DNA of 43,940 nt, taken from NCBI GenBank assembly GCA_040255575.1, contig JBDZVF010000001.1:1-43940 (forward strand), written 5' to 3'. Every line of letters starts with the position of its first letter. Within the stretch, counting starts at the first letter, position 1. The translations under genes and the position numbers were made by a program. The notes beneath the pieces are model-generated. The model did no database searches. It worked only from the letters and a program-made list of their open reading frames with translations, and had not been told where the DNA came from. Of the stretch, positions 10,087 through 20,967 are shown one piece after another. Origin of the DNA: Pseudomonadota bacterium. GTDB lineage: Bacteria; Pseudomonadota; Gammaproteobacteria; Steroidobacterales; Steroidobacteraceae.

Positions 10087-11589
10087 TCAGAGCGCTCGCG
10101 AGGAGGCCACCGTTTGCCCCGGCGGCGGCACGCCGTTCGCTTCCACGGGCACCCCGGTCAGCACGCCTCGCAGCTGGAGGAGGGGCTCGCTCAAGTGAAT
10201 GCCCTTCTCGTCGAACCACAGCTGCCGGATCGAGTCCTCGTGGTCGCCGGTGCGCTTCTTCATGACGGAGATGGCTTTGCGAATCGCGCCCTGGTGCTCG
10301 AAATAGCGCAGCAGCACCACCGAGTCCGCCAGATAGCTCGTGTCGATCGGTGAAGTGGGCGAGCCGAACATCCCACTCTGCGCGATCACCATGAACGTGG
10401 TGACACCCTTGTTGCTCAGGTAGGTGAGCAGCTGATGCAGCTGCGCCGACATGAAGTTGTCCTGAGGCATTGCGTTCAGGTAGCCGTTCAGGCTGTCGAT
10501 GATCACGACGCGAGCCTTATCCTGCTCGACGGATTTGCGCACGATCGCCGCGAACTCGCCCGGCGAGATCTCCGCGGGGTCGATCTGGCGGATCATGATC
10601 TCCCCGGGGCCGGCACCGAGCTTCAATCGGAGGTTGATCTGGCGGGCCCGCGTGAGCAGTGCCTCCTGTGTTTCATCGAAGATGAAGGTGGCCGCGTGAT
10701 CGCCGCGCGCGATGGCGGCGGCGGCAAACTGAAGCGCAATGGTCGATTTGCCGCAGCCCGGCGGTCCGGCCAAAAGGGTGCTCGTGCCTTGCTGCACACC
10801 GCCGCCGAGCAGCGCATCGAGCGCAGCGATGCCACTCTCGATCATGGCAGGCTCGAACTGCTCGCCATGCTCGGCTGCCACGAGTCTCGGGAAGACAGTG
10901 ACTCCCTCGCGGGAAAGCGTGAAGTCGTGGTAACCGGTGGCGAACTCGCTGCCGCGGCATTTCAGCACCTGCAGCTCCCGCCGCGCCTTTCCGTAGGCGG
11001 GGGGCGAGAGATACAGGGCGATCACGCCGTGCGCGATGCTGTGCAGCTGCAGATCCGGCCCCTCGGCAGTGCGGTCGTCGAGCATCAGCAGCGTACAGTG
11101 GCGCCCCGCGAAGTACTGCTTCAGCGCGAGGATCTGGCGGCGGTACCGGAGTGAGCTCTGTGCGAGGAGGCGCATTTCCGATAGCGAATCGATCACCAGG
11201 CGTGTCGGCTTTACACGGTCCACCGCGGTGAGGATCTTGACCATCGTCTCGGAGAGCTCGACGTCGGAGGGATGGATCATCGTGATGTCGCCCCCGCCGA
11301 GGAGCGAGGCCTGCTGATCCGGGATCAGCTCCACGATATCGATCCCGTCGAGCGTCCAGTCGTGGGATTGCGCCCCTTCCAGCAGCTCCTCCCGCGTTTC
11401 CGAGAGGGTCACGTAGAGGCAGCGCTCGCCGAGCCGCGCTCCATCCCGCAGGAAATGTAGCGCCAGCGTCGTTTTGCCCGCGCCGGGGTTGCCGTCGACC
11501 AGATACAGGCGGTCGCGGATGAGCCCGCCATGAAGCACTTCGTCGAGGCCGGGCACTCCAGTGCGGACTCGTTTCTTACTCTCAGCCAT
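10087..11589 (-). CDS. kaiC: KaiC-family double RecA-like ATPase (circadian clock protein KaiC homologue)
   Basis: Two Walker A loops (GNPGAGKTT, GPPGCGKST) lie in two tandem RecA-like halves. The C-terminal region resembles KaiC CII. The ATG at 11589 has GGAG 8 nt upstream; the track start at 11604 is a TTG. Confidence 0.85.
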   Translation of the reverse strand: MAESKKRVRTGVPGLDEVLHGGLIRDRLYLVDGNPGAGKTTLALHFLRDGARLGERCLYVTLSETREELLEGAQSHDWTLDGIDIVELIPDQQASLLGGGDITMIHPSDVELSETMVKILTAVDRVKPTRLVIDSLSEMRLLAQSSLRYRRQILALKQYFAGRHCTLLMLDDRTAEGPDLQLHSIAHGVIALYLSPPAYGKARRELQVLKCRGSEFATGYHDFTLSREGVTVFPRLVAAEHGEQFEPAMIESGIAALDALLGGGVQQGTSTLLAGPPGCGKSTIALQFAAAAIARGDHAATFIFDETQEALLTRARQINLRLKLGAGPGEIMIRQIDPAEISPGEFAAIVRKSVEQDKARVVIIDSLNGYLNAMPQDNFMSAQLHQLLTYLSNKGVTTFMVIAQSGMFGSPTSPIDTSYLADSVVLLRYFEHQGAIRKAISVMKKRTGDHEDSIRQLWFDEKGIHLSEPLLQLRGVLTGVPVEANGVPPPGQTVASSRAL

Positions 11590-11702
11590 TTGAACTCCGT
11601 GCAACCGTTCGTTGCGCGCCCGGCGCGCTCAGCAAGCGCCGTGCCCGTCAAGCTGACGTTTCAAGGCACGAGCGGAAGCGAAGTTCCGCCGGGCGCCGGT
11701 GT

Positions 11703-12980
11703 CTACTGCTGGCGGGCTTTCGCCACCACCTGGGCATCGAGCGAGGCGCGTTGTCCGCCGAAGTGGCTCAGCACGAAGTTGGAGGTGGCGGCGATCTCTT
11801 CATCCGAGTACGCAGCATGGAAGGAGGGCATGAAGGCGTGCCCGTGCGGGGCGCGCACGGAGCCACCGGAGAGCACGGTCTGCACGACGTTGAGGCCGGC
11901 GGGGTCCGCGACCGAGCGCCGGCCGAGGAGCGCCGCGGCCGGAGTCTGCATCCCTTCCCCGTCGAAGCCGTGGCAGCTCGCGCATGCGCCCTCGAAGATG
12001 CGCATGCCCAGGGCGTTTTCCTCACCTTCGTTCGCGAGGTCGGCTTGCGCGGCCAGCTGCGTGCGCGGCACGGGCCCGCTTTGCACCGGGTCCACGGTTC
12101 GCAGATACACCGCGATCGCGCGCCGGTCGGCATCGGTGAGCCGGCTCAGGCTGTAGTCCACCGCTTCCTTCATCGGGCCGGATGCGACGCCACGGCCGGG
12201 CGCGTAGCCATCGCGCATGTACACCATGAGATCTTCGACGGACCACTTGCCGATGCCATGGTCCGGGTCGGCCGTGATGTTCCAGGCCGTCCACCCTTGC
12301 ATGGTTTCCCCGGCGAGGGCCTTGCCCGAAAGGCCGTAGAGCAGGTTGCGGGGCGTGTGGCACTCACCGCAGTGGCCGACCGCGGTCACGAGATAGGCGC
12401 CGCGATTCCACACGGGCGTTTGAGTGCTATCGGGCCGGAACGGCTCCTCGTGCGCAAACAGGATGTTCCAGAAGCGCACCAGGCGTCGCTGATCGAACGG
12501 GAAGCGCAGGTCGTTTTCGGTCCCGGTGGTGTGCACGGGCGGCTGCGTAAACAGGTACGCCTTGATGGCGAGCGTATCCTCATCGGTCATCTTCGCGTAC
12601 GAGGTGTACGGGAATGCAGGATAGAGCTGCTCGTCGTGCCTGCCGATGCCCTTGCGCATGGCGCGAAGGAACTCGCCGTCCGACCACTGACCGATGCCGG
12701 TGTCCGGGTCCGGCGTGATGTTGGGCGCGTAGATCGTTCCGAACGGCAGCTTGAATGCGCGGCCCCCTGCAAAGGGTTTGCCGCCTTCAGCGGTATGGCA
12801 CGCGATGCAGTCGGCGGCGGCGGTCATGTACGCCCCACGTGCGATGACCTCGGCGGTGGGGGTCACTGCGCCGACCTGAGGCGCCGCCGGTGTTGGCCAC
12901 AGGAGGATGATCATGAAGATGACGATCGCGGCGATCGCGATCACGCTCACGGTGGTCCAGATGGCGCGGCCGCCGCTCAT
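11703..12980 (-). CDS. Membrane-anchored trihaem cytochrome c, the dehydrogenase cytochrome subunit (ADH/AldF-type)
   Basis: Three CxxCH motifs (CIACH, CGECH, CASCH) and an N-terminal TM anchor. There is an ATGA overlap with the Mo-subunit stop at 12977-12980. Confidence 0.85.
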   Translation of the reverse strand: MSGGRAIWTTVSVIAIAAIVIFMIILLWPTPAAPQVGAVTPTAEVIARGAYMTAAADCIACHTAEGGKPFAGGRAFKLPFGTIYAPNITPDPDTGIGQWSDGEFLRAMRKGIGRHDEQLYPAFPYTSYAKMTDEDTLAIKAYLFTQPPVHTTGTENDLRFPFDQRRLVRFWNILFAHEEPFRPDSTQTPVWNRGAYLVTAVGHCGECHTPRNLLYGLSGKALAGETMQGWTAWNITADPDHGIGKWSVEDLMVYMRDGYAPGRGVASGPMKEAVDYSLSRLTDADRRAIAVYLRTVDPVQSGPVPRTQLAAQADLANEGEENALGMRIFEGACASCHGFDGEGMQTPAAALLGRRSVADPAGLNVVQTVLSGGSVRAPHGHAFMPSFHAAYSDEEIAATSNFVLSHFGGQRASLDAQVVAKARQQ

Positions 12981-15195
12981 GTGGCGGCTCGTGCGGCGAG
13001 TTGGCGCGCGACCGGCAACTCCCGCAACCGCACGCCCGTGGCCGCGAAGAGGGCGTTCGCCAGGGCGGGTGCCGCCGCGGTGGTGCCGGTCTCCCCAATG
13101 CCGCCGGGCGGGTGCGACGTGGGCAGATGGATCACCTGAGTCGGCGGGGTCTCATTCAATCGCAGCATCCGGTAGTCGTTGAAGTTGGCTTGCTGAACGC
13201 GCCCGCCGACAAAGGTAACCTCGTTGTATAGCGCGGCCGAGAGGCCGAACAGGATTCCGCCCTCGACCTGCTGCTTGATGAGGTTCGGGTTGACCGTCAT
13301 GCCGCAGTCCACGGCCGCAACGATCCGCCGCAACGACACCTCGCCACCGCGACCCACGCCCGCTTCGACCACCACCGAGATGTAGCTGCCGAACGACTTC
13401 TGCACGATGATGCCGCGCCCCACGCCTTCGGGCAGCGGCTTGCCCCACTCCGCGGCTCGCGCTGCCTCGTCCAGCACCGCAAGAGCGCGCGGTTGGTTGG
13501 CGAGCAGGTCGCGCCGATATTGATACGGGTCGCGTTTGGCGGCGTGCGCGAGCTCGTCCACGAAGCTTTCGACGACGAACACGGAATGCGTAGGCCCGAC
13601 CCCGCGCCACCAGGACACAACGAGGCCGCGCGGCGGCTGCCATTGCACGAAGTCGACGAGCATGTGAGGGAACTTGCCGTAAACGGGGTCTTCTGCTTCC
13701 TCCACGGCATCCGGGTCTACGCCGTTCGGCCGCATGCCTGCCGGTGCGTATCGCGCCGTCACGGACGCACCCGTCACGCGATGACGCCAGGCGATCGGCA
13801 GTCCTTTTTCATCAAGGCCGGCGGAGAGCCGGTCGACGTACATCGGCCGGTAGTTGTCGTGCTGCGTGTCCTGCTCGCGACTCCAGATCATCTTCACGGG
13901 GTAGGGGCAGCGGCTTGCGATGGCGACAGCCTGTTCGACGTAGTCCGTTTCGAGTTTTCGTCCGAACGCACCGCCGATGAGTTGCCCGTGCAGCACCACC
14001 TTTTCGAGCGAAACGCCCAACACCTTCGCCGCGCCGGCCTGTGCACGGGTGGGCACCTGTGTGCCACACCAGATTTCGGCTCCGCCGTCTTTCACGTGCA
14101 CCACCGCGGCCTGCGGCTCCATCGGCGCGTGGCAGAGGAAGGGTTGTATGTACTGCGCTTCCACGCGCGAGCTGGCGCGCTGGAACGCGGCCGAGTAGTT
14201 ACCTTCTTGCGTAGCGACCGCGCCTTTGCCCTCGCGCGAAGCGCGCTCCAGATCGGCGCGAAGTGTGGCGCTGGACATGTGCTCGTTGGGTCCGCCGTCC
14301 CACACGGGATGCAGGGACTGGAGCGCGCTTTGAGCGGCCCAGTAGTGCTCGCCGATCACCGCGACGGCGTCTGGCAGCTGAATGACATCGAGCACGCCAG
14401 GGCGCTCGCGCACGTTGTGCTCATCGACTCGCACCAGCTGCCCGCCGAGCACCGGGCAGTTTGCAACGGCCGCGATCTTCATCCCCGGCACCACGATGTC
14501 GATGCCATAGCGCGCCGTGCCGTTCGTCTTGGAGGGCGTGTCCACCCGCTGCAGGTTCTTGCCGATCAGGCGGAAGGCGTTCGGATTCTTGAGTTGTACT
14601 TCTTTCGGCAGGGGGAGGCTCGAGGCGTCCTGCACGAGCTGGCCGTAGCTCAGCTCGCGGCCGGATGCTTCATGTCTCACGTGCCCGCGCTGCGCGGTGC
14701 ACTCGGCCGCGTCAACCTTCCAGCGCCGGGCCGCAGCCGAAATGAGGACGGTGCGCGCCACGGCGCCGGCTTTGCGCAGCGGCTCCCACGCGCCCCGGAT
14801 CGAAGTCGATCCCCCGGTGCCCTGGAATTGCAGGAGCGGCTGCTTGTACAGCTTTTCGTTCGGCGGGGCGGGCAGCACGCGCACCTGGTCGAGATCCACT
14901 TCGAGCTCTTCGGCGATGAGCATGGACTCGCCCGTGTAGACGCCCTGGCCACATTCCACATTCGGCACGATGAGAGCGATCTCGTCGCGCGGACTGATGC
15001 GGATGAAAGCGTCTGGCGCAAAGCCGTTGAAGCCTTCGCCGGAGACGACGGCAATCTCCTCATTGCTCACGGGCTGCGGGCCGCGCGGGCCCACCACGCG
15101 CTGGGCGTGCGCCTTCAGCGCGACGAACGTGAAGCCCACGACGAGACCGCCGCCGAGCAGGAAGCGGCGCCGGTCCGTGATCAGTTCCACCTGGC

Positions 15196-15199
<4 letters not shown>
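12977..15199 (-). CDS. Molybdopterin-binding subunit of an IorB/aldehyde-oxidase-type dehydrogenase (xanthine dehydrogenase family), Tat-exported
   Basis: The ATG at 15199 gives [23 protein letters not shown], a twin-arginine signal. The remainder resembles the COG1529 aldehyde oxidase/xanthine dehydrogenase Mo-binding fold. There are ATGA overlaps on both sides. Confidence 0.9.
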
Positions 15200-15681
<482 letters not shown>

Positions 15682-15690
15682 GCGCGCTGC

Positions 15691-16476
15691 TCAGGGAATG
15701 TGTTCTCGCGACGGCCGCAACATCAGCCAGGCGAGGGCCAGCGTTCCCGTCGCCATGGCCACAGTGGCCATCGGGAACGACTTCGCCGTCGACATGGCGA
15801 CTTCCCCGAGATGGGGCTTCAGCAGCTCCATGCGCCGCCGGGTCATTCGCATGCCGAGCTCGCCGAGGCGCTCGCCCATCAGCTCTTCCGCCTCGGGCAG
15901 CAGCACGCTCTCCTCGTCGGCGACATGATGAAGCACCACGCGCATCAGCTCGTGAACCGTGTCGTCGTAGCCGACGTCGATCGGATCGGAGGAGCGCAGC
16001 ACGTTGATGAGCTGACGCATCTGGTCGTGTTCCGGCTCACTCTTGTCGAGCACGTCATTCGGGCCGAGCACCTGCCTCAGCTCCGGATAGAAGATCTCCT
16101 CTTCGAGCTGGGCGTGGATTTCGAGCGCAAGGCAGGCGTTCTGGATGAGCGCACGTTTGCGCGCCATCGAGGTGCCGGGCCTGAAGCGCCGGAAAAGCGC
16201 GAGCACGTGCGTGTGATCCATGCGGATCATGGTCGTGATGTCGGGCGCGAGCGTGCGCTGCGCGGATTGGGCCAGGCGGTTGCCCATCTGCCGTGCGGAA
16301 TCGCGCGCCTGGTTGAGGCGCTCACGCGGGGAGAGTTTGCTCTCCAGCGCCTCCAGCGTGTCGGTCAGGCGCTGGCGGGTGTACTCGATTTCCTGCTCGA
16401 TCTCGTCAGGGGACTGGCTCGAATAGGAACGGGCGTTGCCATCGTCGCGACCGGCGGTCGGCTGTTCTGCATTCAT
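15691..16476 (-). CDS. DUF3618-like N-terminus fused to a hemerythrin (HHE cation-binding) domain, with a C-terminal TM helix
   Basis: The ATG at 16476 overlaps the upstream stop (ATGA). The SPDEIEQEIEYTRQRLTDTLEALESKLSP segment is DUF3618-like. MDHTHVLALF...EIHAQLEEEIFYPE...HHVADEE gives the H/E ligand pattern of hemerythrin domains. A hydrophobic tail ends the protein. Confidence 0.75.
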   Translation of the reverse strand: MNAEQPTAGRDDGNARSYSSQSPDEIEQEIEYTRQRLTDTLEALESKLSPRERLNQARDSARQMGNRLAQSAQRTLAPDITTMIRMDHTHVLALFRRFRPGTSMARKRALIQNACLALEIHAQLEEEIFYPELRQVLGPNDVLDKSEPEHDQMRQLINVLRSSDPIDVGYDDTVHELMRVVLHHVADEESVLLPEAEELMGERLGELGMRMTRRRMELLKPHLGEVAMSTAKSFPMATVAMATGTLALAWLMLRPSREHIP

Positions 16477-16883
16477 GACAGGCTCCTGGTGAGAACTTCT
16501 TTGTCCCGCTTGAGAGATTCGGCGCTGCGCTGAGTCTTTCCGGCCGCCGAACGAATCGCCTTGAGGCCGACGGCGAGCGCGATGGCGCCGATGGCGCTCA
16601 CGACGACGCCGACGATGAGCGCCGCGAGCCAGGGCGCCATGATGATGGCGAGCCCGAGCACGGCCGAAGCCAGCAGCACCATCAGGCCCGCGAGCAGCAG
16701 GAACGCGCCTGTCGCGATGGAGCCGACGCCGGCCGTGATGCGCTCGAGCGCATCGCTGATCTCCACCCGGGCGAGCGCCATCTCCTGACGGAACAGGGTG
16801 GCGAGATCTTCCATCAGGTGCCGGATCAGCCCGAGTGTCGTCGCGCCATCTTCGCGGGGAAATTGCGCAGGTTGCGTTGCCAT
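16473..16883 (-). CDS. YqjE/DUF1469-type membrane protein (often annotated 'phage holin family protein')
   Basis: ATG at 16883. The protein has two long hydrophobic helices (SIATGAFLLLAGLMVLLASAVLGL, PWLAALIVGVVVSAIGAIALAVGL) after an amphipathic N-terminus. Its context resembles ElaB/YqjD/YqjE stress membrane proteins. Confidence 0.65.
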   Translation of the reverse strand: MATQPAQFPREDGATTLGLIRHLMEDLATLFRQEMALARVEISDALERITAGVGSIATGAFLLLAGLMVLLASAVLGLAIIMAPWLAALIVGVVVSAIGAIALAVGLKAIRSAAGKTQRSAESLKRDKEVLTRSLS

Positions 16884-16926
16884 GTCGAGAGCTCCGGCGC
16901 GCACGGAAGCGCGGTCCGATTACGAC

Positions 16927-16951
16927 TACGGTCAAGAGCAATCGATGTTCC
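16927..16951 (-). promoter_or_regulatory. ECF-type promoter candidate, GGAAC-N16-CGTA (one mismatch to GGAAC-N16-CGTT)
   Basis: The minus strand reads GGAAC ATCGATTGCTCTTGAC CGTA. The site starts 6 nt after the cyoD stop and ends 44 nt upstream of the ATG at 16883. Confidence 0.45.
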
Positions 16952-16956
16952 ACAAC

Positions 16957-17352
16957 TCATCGCTGCATCCGCATCACGTCGGGCACCGAGTGAACGTTCT
17001 CGCCGAGGTGGGTCATGATCCAGAGTGAGCCGAGAACCACGATGCACACGATGAGGAGGCCGAACCCGAGCGCGAGGACGTTGTTCGTGTTGTCGGGCGC
17101 AGTCGTGATGTGCAGGAAGAACACGAGGTGGATGCCCATCTGCGCCACGGCGAGCACGGAGATGGCGATCGGGACGCTCGGCCCGTAAATGAGCGGCGTG
17201 TGCGCGGCCCAGAACGAGGCCGCGGTGAGAGCGGCGGCGAGCACGAGACCCAGCAGATAGGTGCCAATGTCCGAGCGCAGGCGGTGGCCTGTGGGTTCGT
17301 CCCCCGGGGCGAGGTCGAGCCCTTCGGTGTTGTTGCTCAGGTCGGTGCTCAT
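16957..17352 (-). CDS. cyoD: Cytochrome o ubiquinol oxidase subunit IV
   Basis: ATG at 17352 (ATGA overlap with cyoC). The protein is small with 3 TM helices and carries IGTYLLGLVLAAALTAASFW...AQMGIHLVFFLH, typical of CyoD. Confidence 0.85.
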   Translation of the reverse strand: MSTDLSNNTEGLDLAPGDEPTGHRLRSDIGTYLLGLVLAAALTAASFWAAHTPLIYGPSVPIAISVLAVAQMGIHLVFFLHITTAPDNTNNVLALGFGLLIVCIVVLGSLWIMTHLGENVHSVPDVMRMQR

Positions 17353-18023
17353 TGCAGGCTTCCCACGAGATAAACGAGGCTGAAGAGCGCCACCCAGATG
17401 ATGTCCAGCGTGTGCCAGAACAGGCTGAAGCAGAGATAACGGTGGCGGATGTTCTCGCGAAATCCTTTCGCCAGAAACTGCGCCATCATCGTGCCGAGCC
17501 AGAGGAGACCCACGGTAACGTGGATTCCGTGGCACCCCACGAGCGCAAAGAACGATGAAAGAAAGGCGCTGCGGGTCGGGCCCGCGCCGCGCTCCACGAG
17601 CTCCGTGAACTCCCGCACTTCGAGCAGCAGGAACGTCGCGCCCAATAATCCCGTGATCAGCAGCGCGATCTGCGTCCATTTCTGGTTGCGCTGTTCGACG
17701 GCGAGTGTCGCCATCCCGCAGGTGAAGCTCGAGGCGAGGAGCACCGCCGTCTGCAGCGCTGTGCCGCGCAGGTCGAAGAGCTCCCGCCCGGTCGGTCCGC
17801 CGGCAAACTCGCGCGAGAGCACGGCATACGCGGCGAAGAATGCCGAGAACATGATGATGTCGGAAAGCAGGAAGATCCAGAAGCCGTAGCCCACCACCAC
17901 TCGCTTGGAAGCGGGGCCGCCTTCGCCATGGCCGGTGGCGTAGCGATGGCTATATCCCCCACCATGCCCGTGGCCCAGCTTGTAAGGATCGGTCTGCCGA
18001 AAGTGCGTCGCGGCCGTGCTCAC
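17349..18023 (-). CDS. cyoC: Cytochrome o ubiquinol oxidase subunit III
   Basis: The GTG at 18023 overlaps the cyoB stop (GTGA). [21 protein letters not shown] and [12 protein letters not shown] motifs are present. Confidence 0.9.
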   Translation of the reverse strand: MSTAATHFRQTDPYKLGHGHGGGYSHRYATGHGEGGPASKRVVVGYGFWIFLLSDIIMFSAFFAAYAVLSREFAGGPTGRELFDLRGTALQTAVLLASSFTCGMATLAVEQRNQKWTQIALLITGLLGATFLLLEVREFTELVERGAGPTRSAFLSSFFALVGCHGIHVTVGLLWLGTMMAQFLAKGFRENIRHRYLCFSLFWHTLDIIWVALFSLVYLVGSLQ

Positions 18024-20035
18024 AGCAGGCTCCGCAGGCTGTTCTGTATCCCGAGCGCGCCCTCGAGCTTCTCCCGATAGGGCCGATCGATGCGCTCGAC
18101 TTCCTCCGCCGGAATCTCGTAGTGCTCGGCGTCGCGCCAGGCGAACTTCACGAATACGGCGTAGGCCGCGACCAGGCCCAGGATCGCAAGCCACCAGATG
18201 TGCCAGATGAGCGCGAACCCGGTAACGGTTGCAAAGAATGCGGTGACGAAACCGGTCGCGCTGTTGCGGGGCAGTTCGATCGGGCGGTACTCGGGCGGCT
18301 CGCTGGCAGTGCCCTGGCTCTCTGCGGCTCGCTGCTTGATGCCCCAGTACGCATCCTGATCCTGCACGTTGGGGAGCACTGCGAAGTTGAACACCGGGGG
18401 CGGCGAGGGCGTGGCCCACTCGAGCGAGCGGCCATCCCAGGGATCGCCTGTTTCATCTCGCAGCTCCTCGCGCCTTCGGATGCTCACGACGATCTGGATG
18501 ATCTGGCATGCGAGCGCGGCACACATGATGACGATGCCCGCGGCCGCGATCAGCATCAATGGACGCCATTCGGGCACGACGTAGTGCTGGAGCCGCCGCG
18601 TCATGCCCATGAGGCCCGCAAGGTAGAGCGGCATGAAGACGACGTAGAAGCCGGCGACGGAGAGCCAGAAGGCGGCCTTGCCCCAGCCCTCGTGCAGGCG
18701 GAATCCGAATGCCTTGGGGAACCAGTAGGTGAGCCCGGCGAACGCGGCGAAGAGCACGGCGCCGATGATCACGTTGTGGAAGTGCGCCACGAGGAAGAGG
18801 CTGTTGTGCAGCTGAAAGTCCGCCGGCGGCACGGCAAGCAGCACGCCCGTCATCCCTCCGATGACGAATGTGACGATGAAGGCGACCGACCAGAGCATCG
18901 GCGTCGCGAAGCGGATTCGCCCGCCGTACATCGTGAAGAGCCAGTTGTAGATCTTCACGCCCGTCCCCACGGCGATGACCGTGGTGGCGATGCCGAACGC
19001 GGTGTTGACGTTCGCACCCGCGCCCATCGTGAAGAAATGATGCAGCCAGACGAGGAACGACACGAGGCAGATGAAGAGGGTCGCCGCGACCATGGATCGG
19101 TATCCGAACAGCGGCTTGCCCGAGAAGGTCGAGATGACCTCCGAGAACACCCCGAACGCGGGCAGCACCAGGATGTACACCTCCGGGTGGCCCCACACCC
19201 AGATGAGGTTCACGAACATCATCATGTTGCCGCCCGCTTCGTTCGTGAAGAAGTGAAAGCCGACGTAGCGGTCGAGCAGCAGCATCGCAAGGGTTGCGGT
19301 GAGCACGGGAAAGGCCGCGACGATGAGGAGGTTCGAGGCGAGGGAGGTCCAGCAGAACATCGGCATGCGCAGGTAGCTCATGCCGCGCGCGCGCGTCTTG
19401 AGTATGGTGGTGACGAAGTTCACCCCCGTGATCAACGTGCCGATGCCCGAGATCTGTAACGCCCAGAGGTAATAATCCACGCCGACGCCCGGCGAATACT
19501 GCAGCTCGGAAAGGGGCGGGTACGCGAGCCAGCCGGTGCGAGCAAACTCCCCCACGACGAGCGAGATGTTCACGAGCGCAGCGCCGGTCGCCGTGAGCCA
19601 GAAGCTCACCGAATTGAGCGTGGGAAAGGCGACATCCCGAATGCCGAGCTGCAGCGGCACCACGAAGTTCATGAGGCCGATCACGAGCGGCATGGCCGCG
19701 AAGAAGATCATGATCGTGCCGTGCGCAGAGAAGATCTGGTTGTAGTGCTCCGGCGGCAGGTAACCGGCGGCCTGGAAGGCGACCGCCTGTTGCGATCTCA
19801 TCATCACCGCGTCGATGAATCCGCGGAACAGCATGAGCAGCGCGAGCGTGATGTACATGACGCCGATGCGTTTGTGATCGACGCTCGTGATCCACTCGCG
19901 CCACAGATAGGGCAGGTGGCCCTTGATCACGACCCAGGCGAGCACGCCGATGAGTGCCAGGCCCACCACCGCCGCGGAGATGAGCGGGATGGGCTGGTCC
20001 CAGGGAATCGCATTCCAGGTGAGCTTTCCGAGCAT
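18020..20035 (-). CDS. cyoB: Cytochrome o ubiquinol oxidase subunit I
   Basis: 671 aa. The HCO subunit I motifs [25 protein letters not shown] and GMTRR are present, and the N- and C-terminal ends are CyoB-like. Confidence 0.95.
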   Translation of the reverse strand: MLGKLTWNAIPWDQPIPLISAAVVGLALIGVLAWVVIKGHLPYLWREWITSVDHKRIGVMYITLALLMLFRGFIDAVMMRSQQAVAFQAAGYLPPEHYNQIFSAHGTIMIFFAAMPLVIGLMNFVVPLQLGIRDVAFPTLNSVSFWLTATGAALVNISLVVGEFARTGWLAYPPLSELQYSPGVGVDYYLWALQISGIGTLITGVNFVTTILKTRARGMSYLRMPMFCWTSLASNLLIVAAFPVLTATLAMLLLDRYVGFHFFTNEAGGNMMMFVNLIWVWGHPEVYILVLPAFGVFSEVISTFSGKPLFGYRSMVAATLFICLVSFLVWLHHFFTMGAGANVNTAFGIATTVIAVGTGVKIYNWLFTMYGGRIRFATPMLWSVAFIVTFVIGGMTGVLLAVPPADFQLHNSLFLVAHFHNVIIGAVLFAAFAGLTYWFPKAFGFRLHEGWGKAAFWLSVAGFYVVFMPLYLAGLMGMTRRLQHYVVPEWRPLMLIAAAGIVIMCAALACQIIQIVVSIRRREELRDETGDPWDGRSLEWATPSPPPVFNFAVLPNVQDQDAYWGIKQRAAESQGTASEPPEYRPIELPRNSATGFVTAFFATVTGFALIWHIWWLAILGLVAAYAVFVKFAWRDAEHYEIPAEEVERIDRPYREKLEGALGIQNSLRSLL

Positions 20036-20901
20036 CAGTTGACGTCCTGTGCTTTCTCGATGGCCTCCGGGCGCGGGCCCGGTCCCGGCGGGATCGCGTG
20101 ACTCACGATCGCCTCGAACAGCTGCGGATCGGCGCTTCGATAGGTGAAGGGCGCGACGTTGCGGCTCTGCTGGGCAAGCTGCGTGTAGCTTGCGCGATCG
20201 AGCATCGGCCCGTCCGCCCGCGCGGCGCCGATCCAGTTGGTGAACTCGGCAGCGGAGACGGCACGCACGACGAAGTGCATGTCCGAGAACCCGTCACCGC
20301 TGAACTGGGCCGATTGCCCGTAGAACGTGCCGGACCGATCCGCCTGCACGTTGAGATGCGTCACCATGCGATTCATGGTGGCGATCATTCCGCCCAGCTG
20401 TGGCACGAAGAACTGGTTCATGACGCTCGCCGAGGTGAGCGTGAAGTGAACGTGTGCGCCGGTCGGAATCACCAGCTGGTTGACGCTGGCGATGCGCTGC
20501 TCGGGGTAGATGAAGAGCCATTTCCAGTCGAGCGAAACCACCTGGATCTCGAGCGGGTTCTCGCTCCGCTGCCGGGCGGGATCGAGGTCGTGCGAACCGG
20601 TCCAGATCACGCCGCCGAGGAACAGGATGATCAGCGTGGGGATGGACCACGTGATCAGCTCCAGCCGTCCCGAATAAGCCCAGTCCGGCAGATAGCGGGC
20701 CTTGCTGTTCGACGCGCGGTACCACCACGCGAAAATGAAGGTGGCGATGATCGTCGGGATCACCACCACGAGCATGATGGCGAGCGAGTTGATCAGGATC
20801 TGCCGTTCGGCCTGCCCCACGGGACCGGCGGGCGCGACGATGCTCGCGTCGCAGGCGCATAGCACCGAGCCCAGCAGGAAGATGAGCGGAAGACGTCGCA
20901 T
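20035..20901 (-). CDS. cyoA: Cytochrome o ubiquinol oxidase subunit II (lipoprotein)
   Basis: Lipoprotein-type signal [17 protein letters not shown], two TM helices and a cupredoxin-like domain lacking the CuA Cys-x3-Cys-His pattern, as expected for quinol oxidases. There is a 1-nt stop/start overlap with cyoB. Confidence 0.9.
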   Translation of the reverse strand: MRRLPLIFLLGSVLCACDASIVAPAGPVGQAERQILINSLAIMLVVVIPTIIATFIFAWWYRASNSKARYLPDWAYSGRLELITWSIPTLIILFLGGVIWTGSHDLDPARQRSENPLEIQVVSLDWKWLFIYPEQRIASVNQLVIPTGAHVHFTLTSASVMNQFFVPQLGGMIATMNRMVTHLNVQADRSGTFYGQSAQFSGDGFSDMHFVVRAVSAAEFTNWIGAARADGPMLDRASYTQLAQQSRNVAPFTYRSADPQLFEAIVSHAIPPGPGPRPEAIEKAQDVN

Positions 20902-20967
20902 CGATTAACCCGCGCTAAACAGGCGGCAAGGCAGCGCGCGATCCCGCCGCAGCAAGTTTCGGGCGCG

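Noticed and set aside
10082-10219. The upstream GTG at 10219 as the start of the hybrid kinase (555-aa version).
   Set aside because: It would overlap the conserved KaiC C-terminus by 133 nt and add an Arg/Ala-rich junk-like N-terminus. The GTG at 10081 lies right after the kaiC stop.
11605-11702. Terminator or promoter structures in the gap between the cytochrome c gene and kaiC (GCGCGCCCGGCGCGC; CGTGCC...GGCACG), and a GTTCC at ~11681.
   Set aside because: The stems are short or have unworkable loops. The GTTCC has no CGTT-like partner at a 16-17 nt spacing. I cannot decide whether kaiC is co-transcribed with the dehydrogenase operon.
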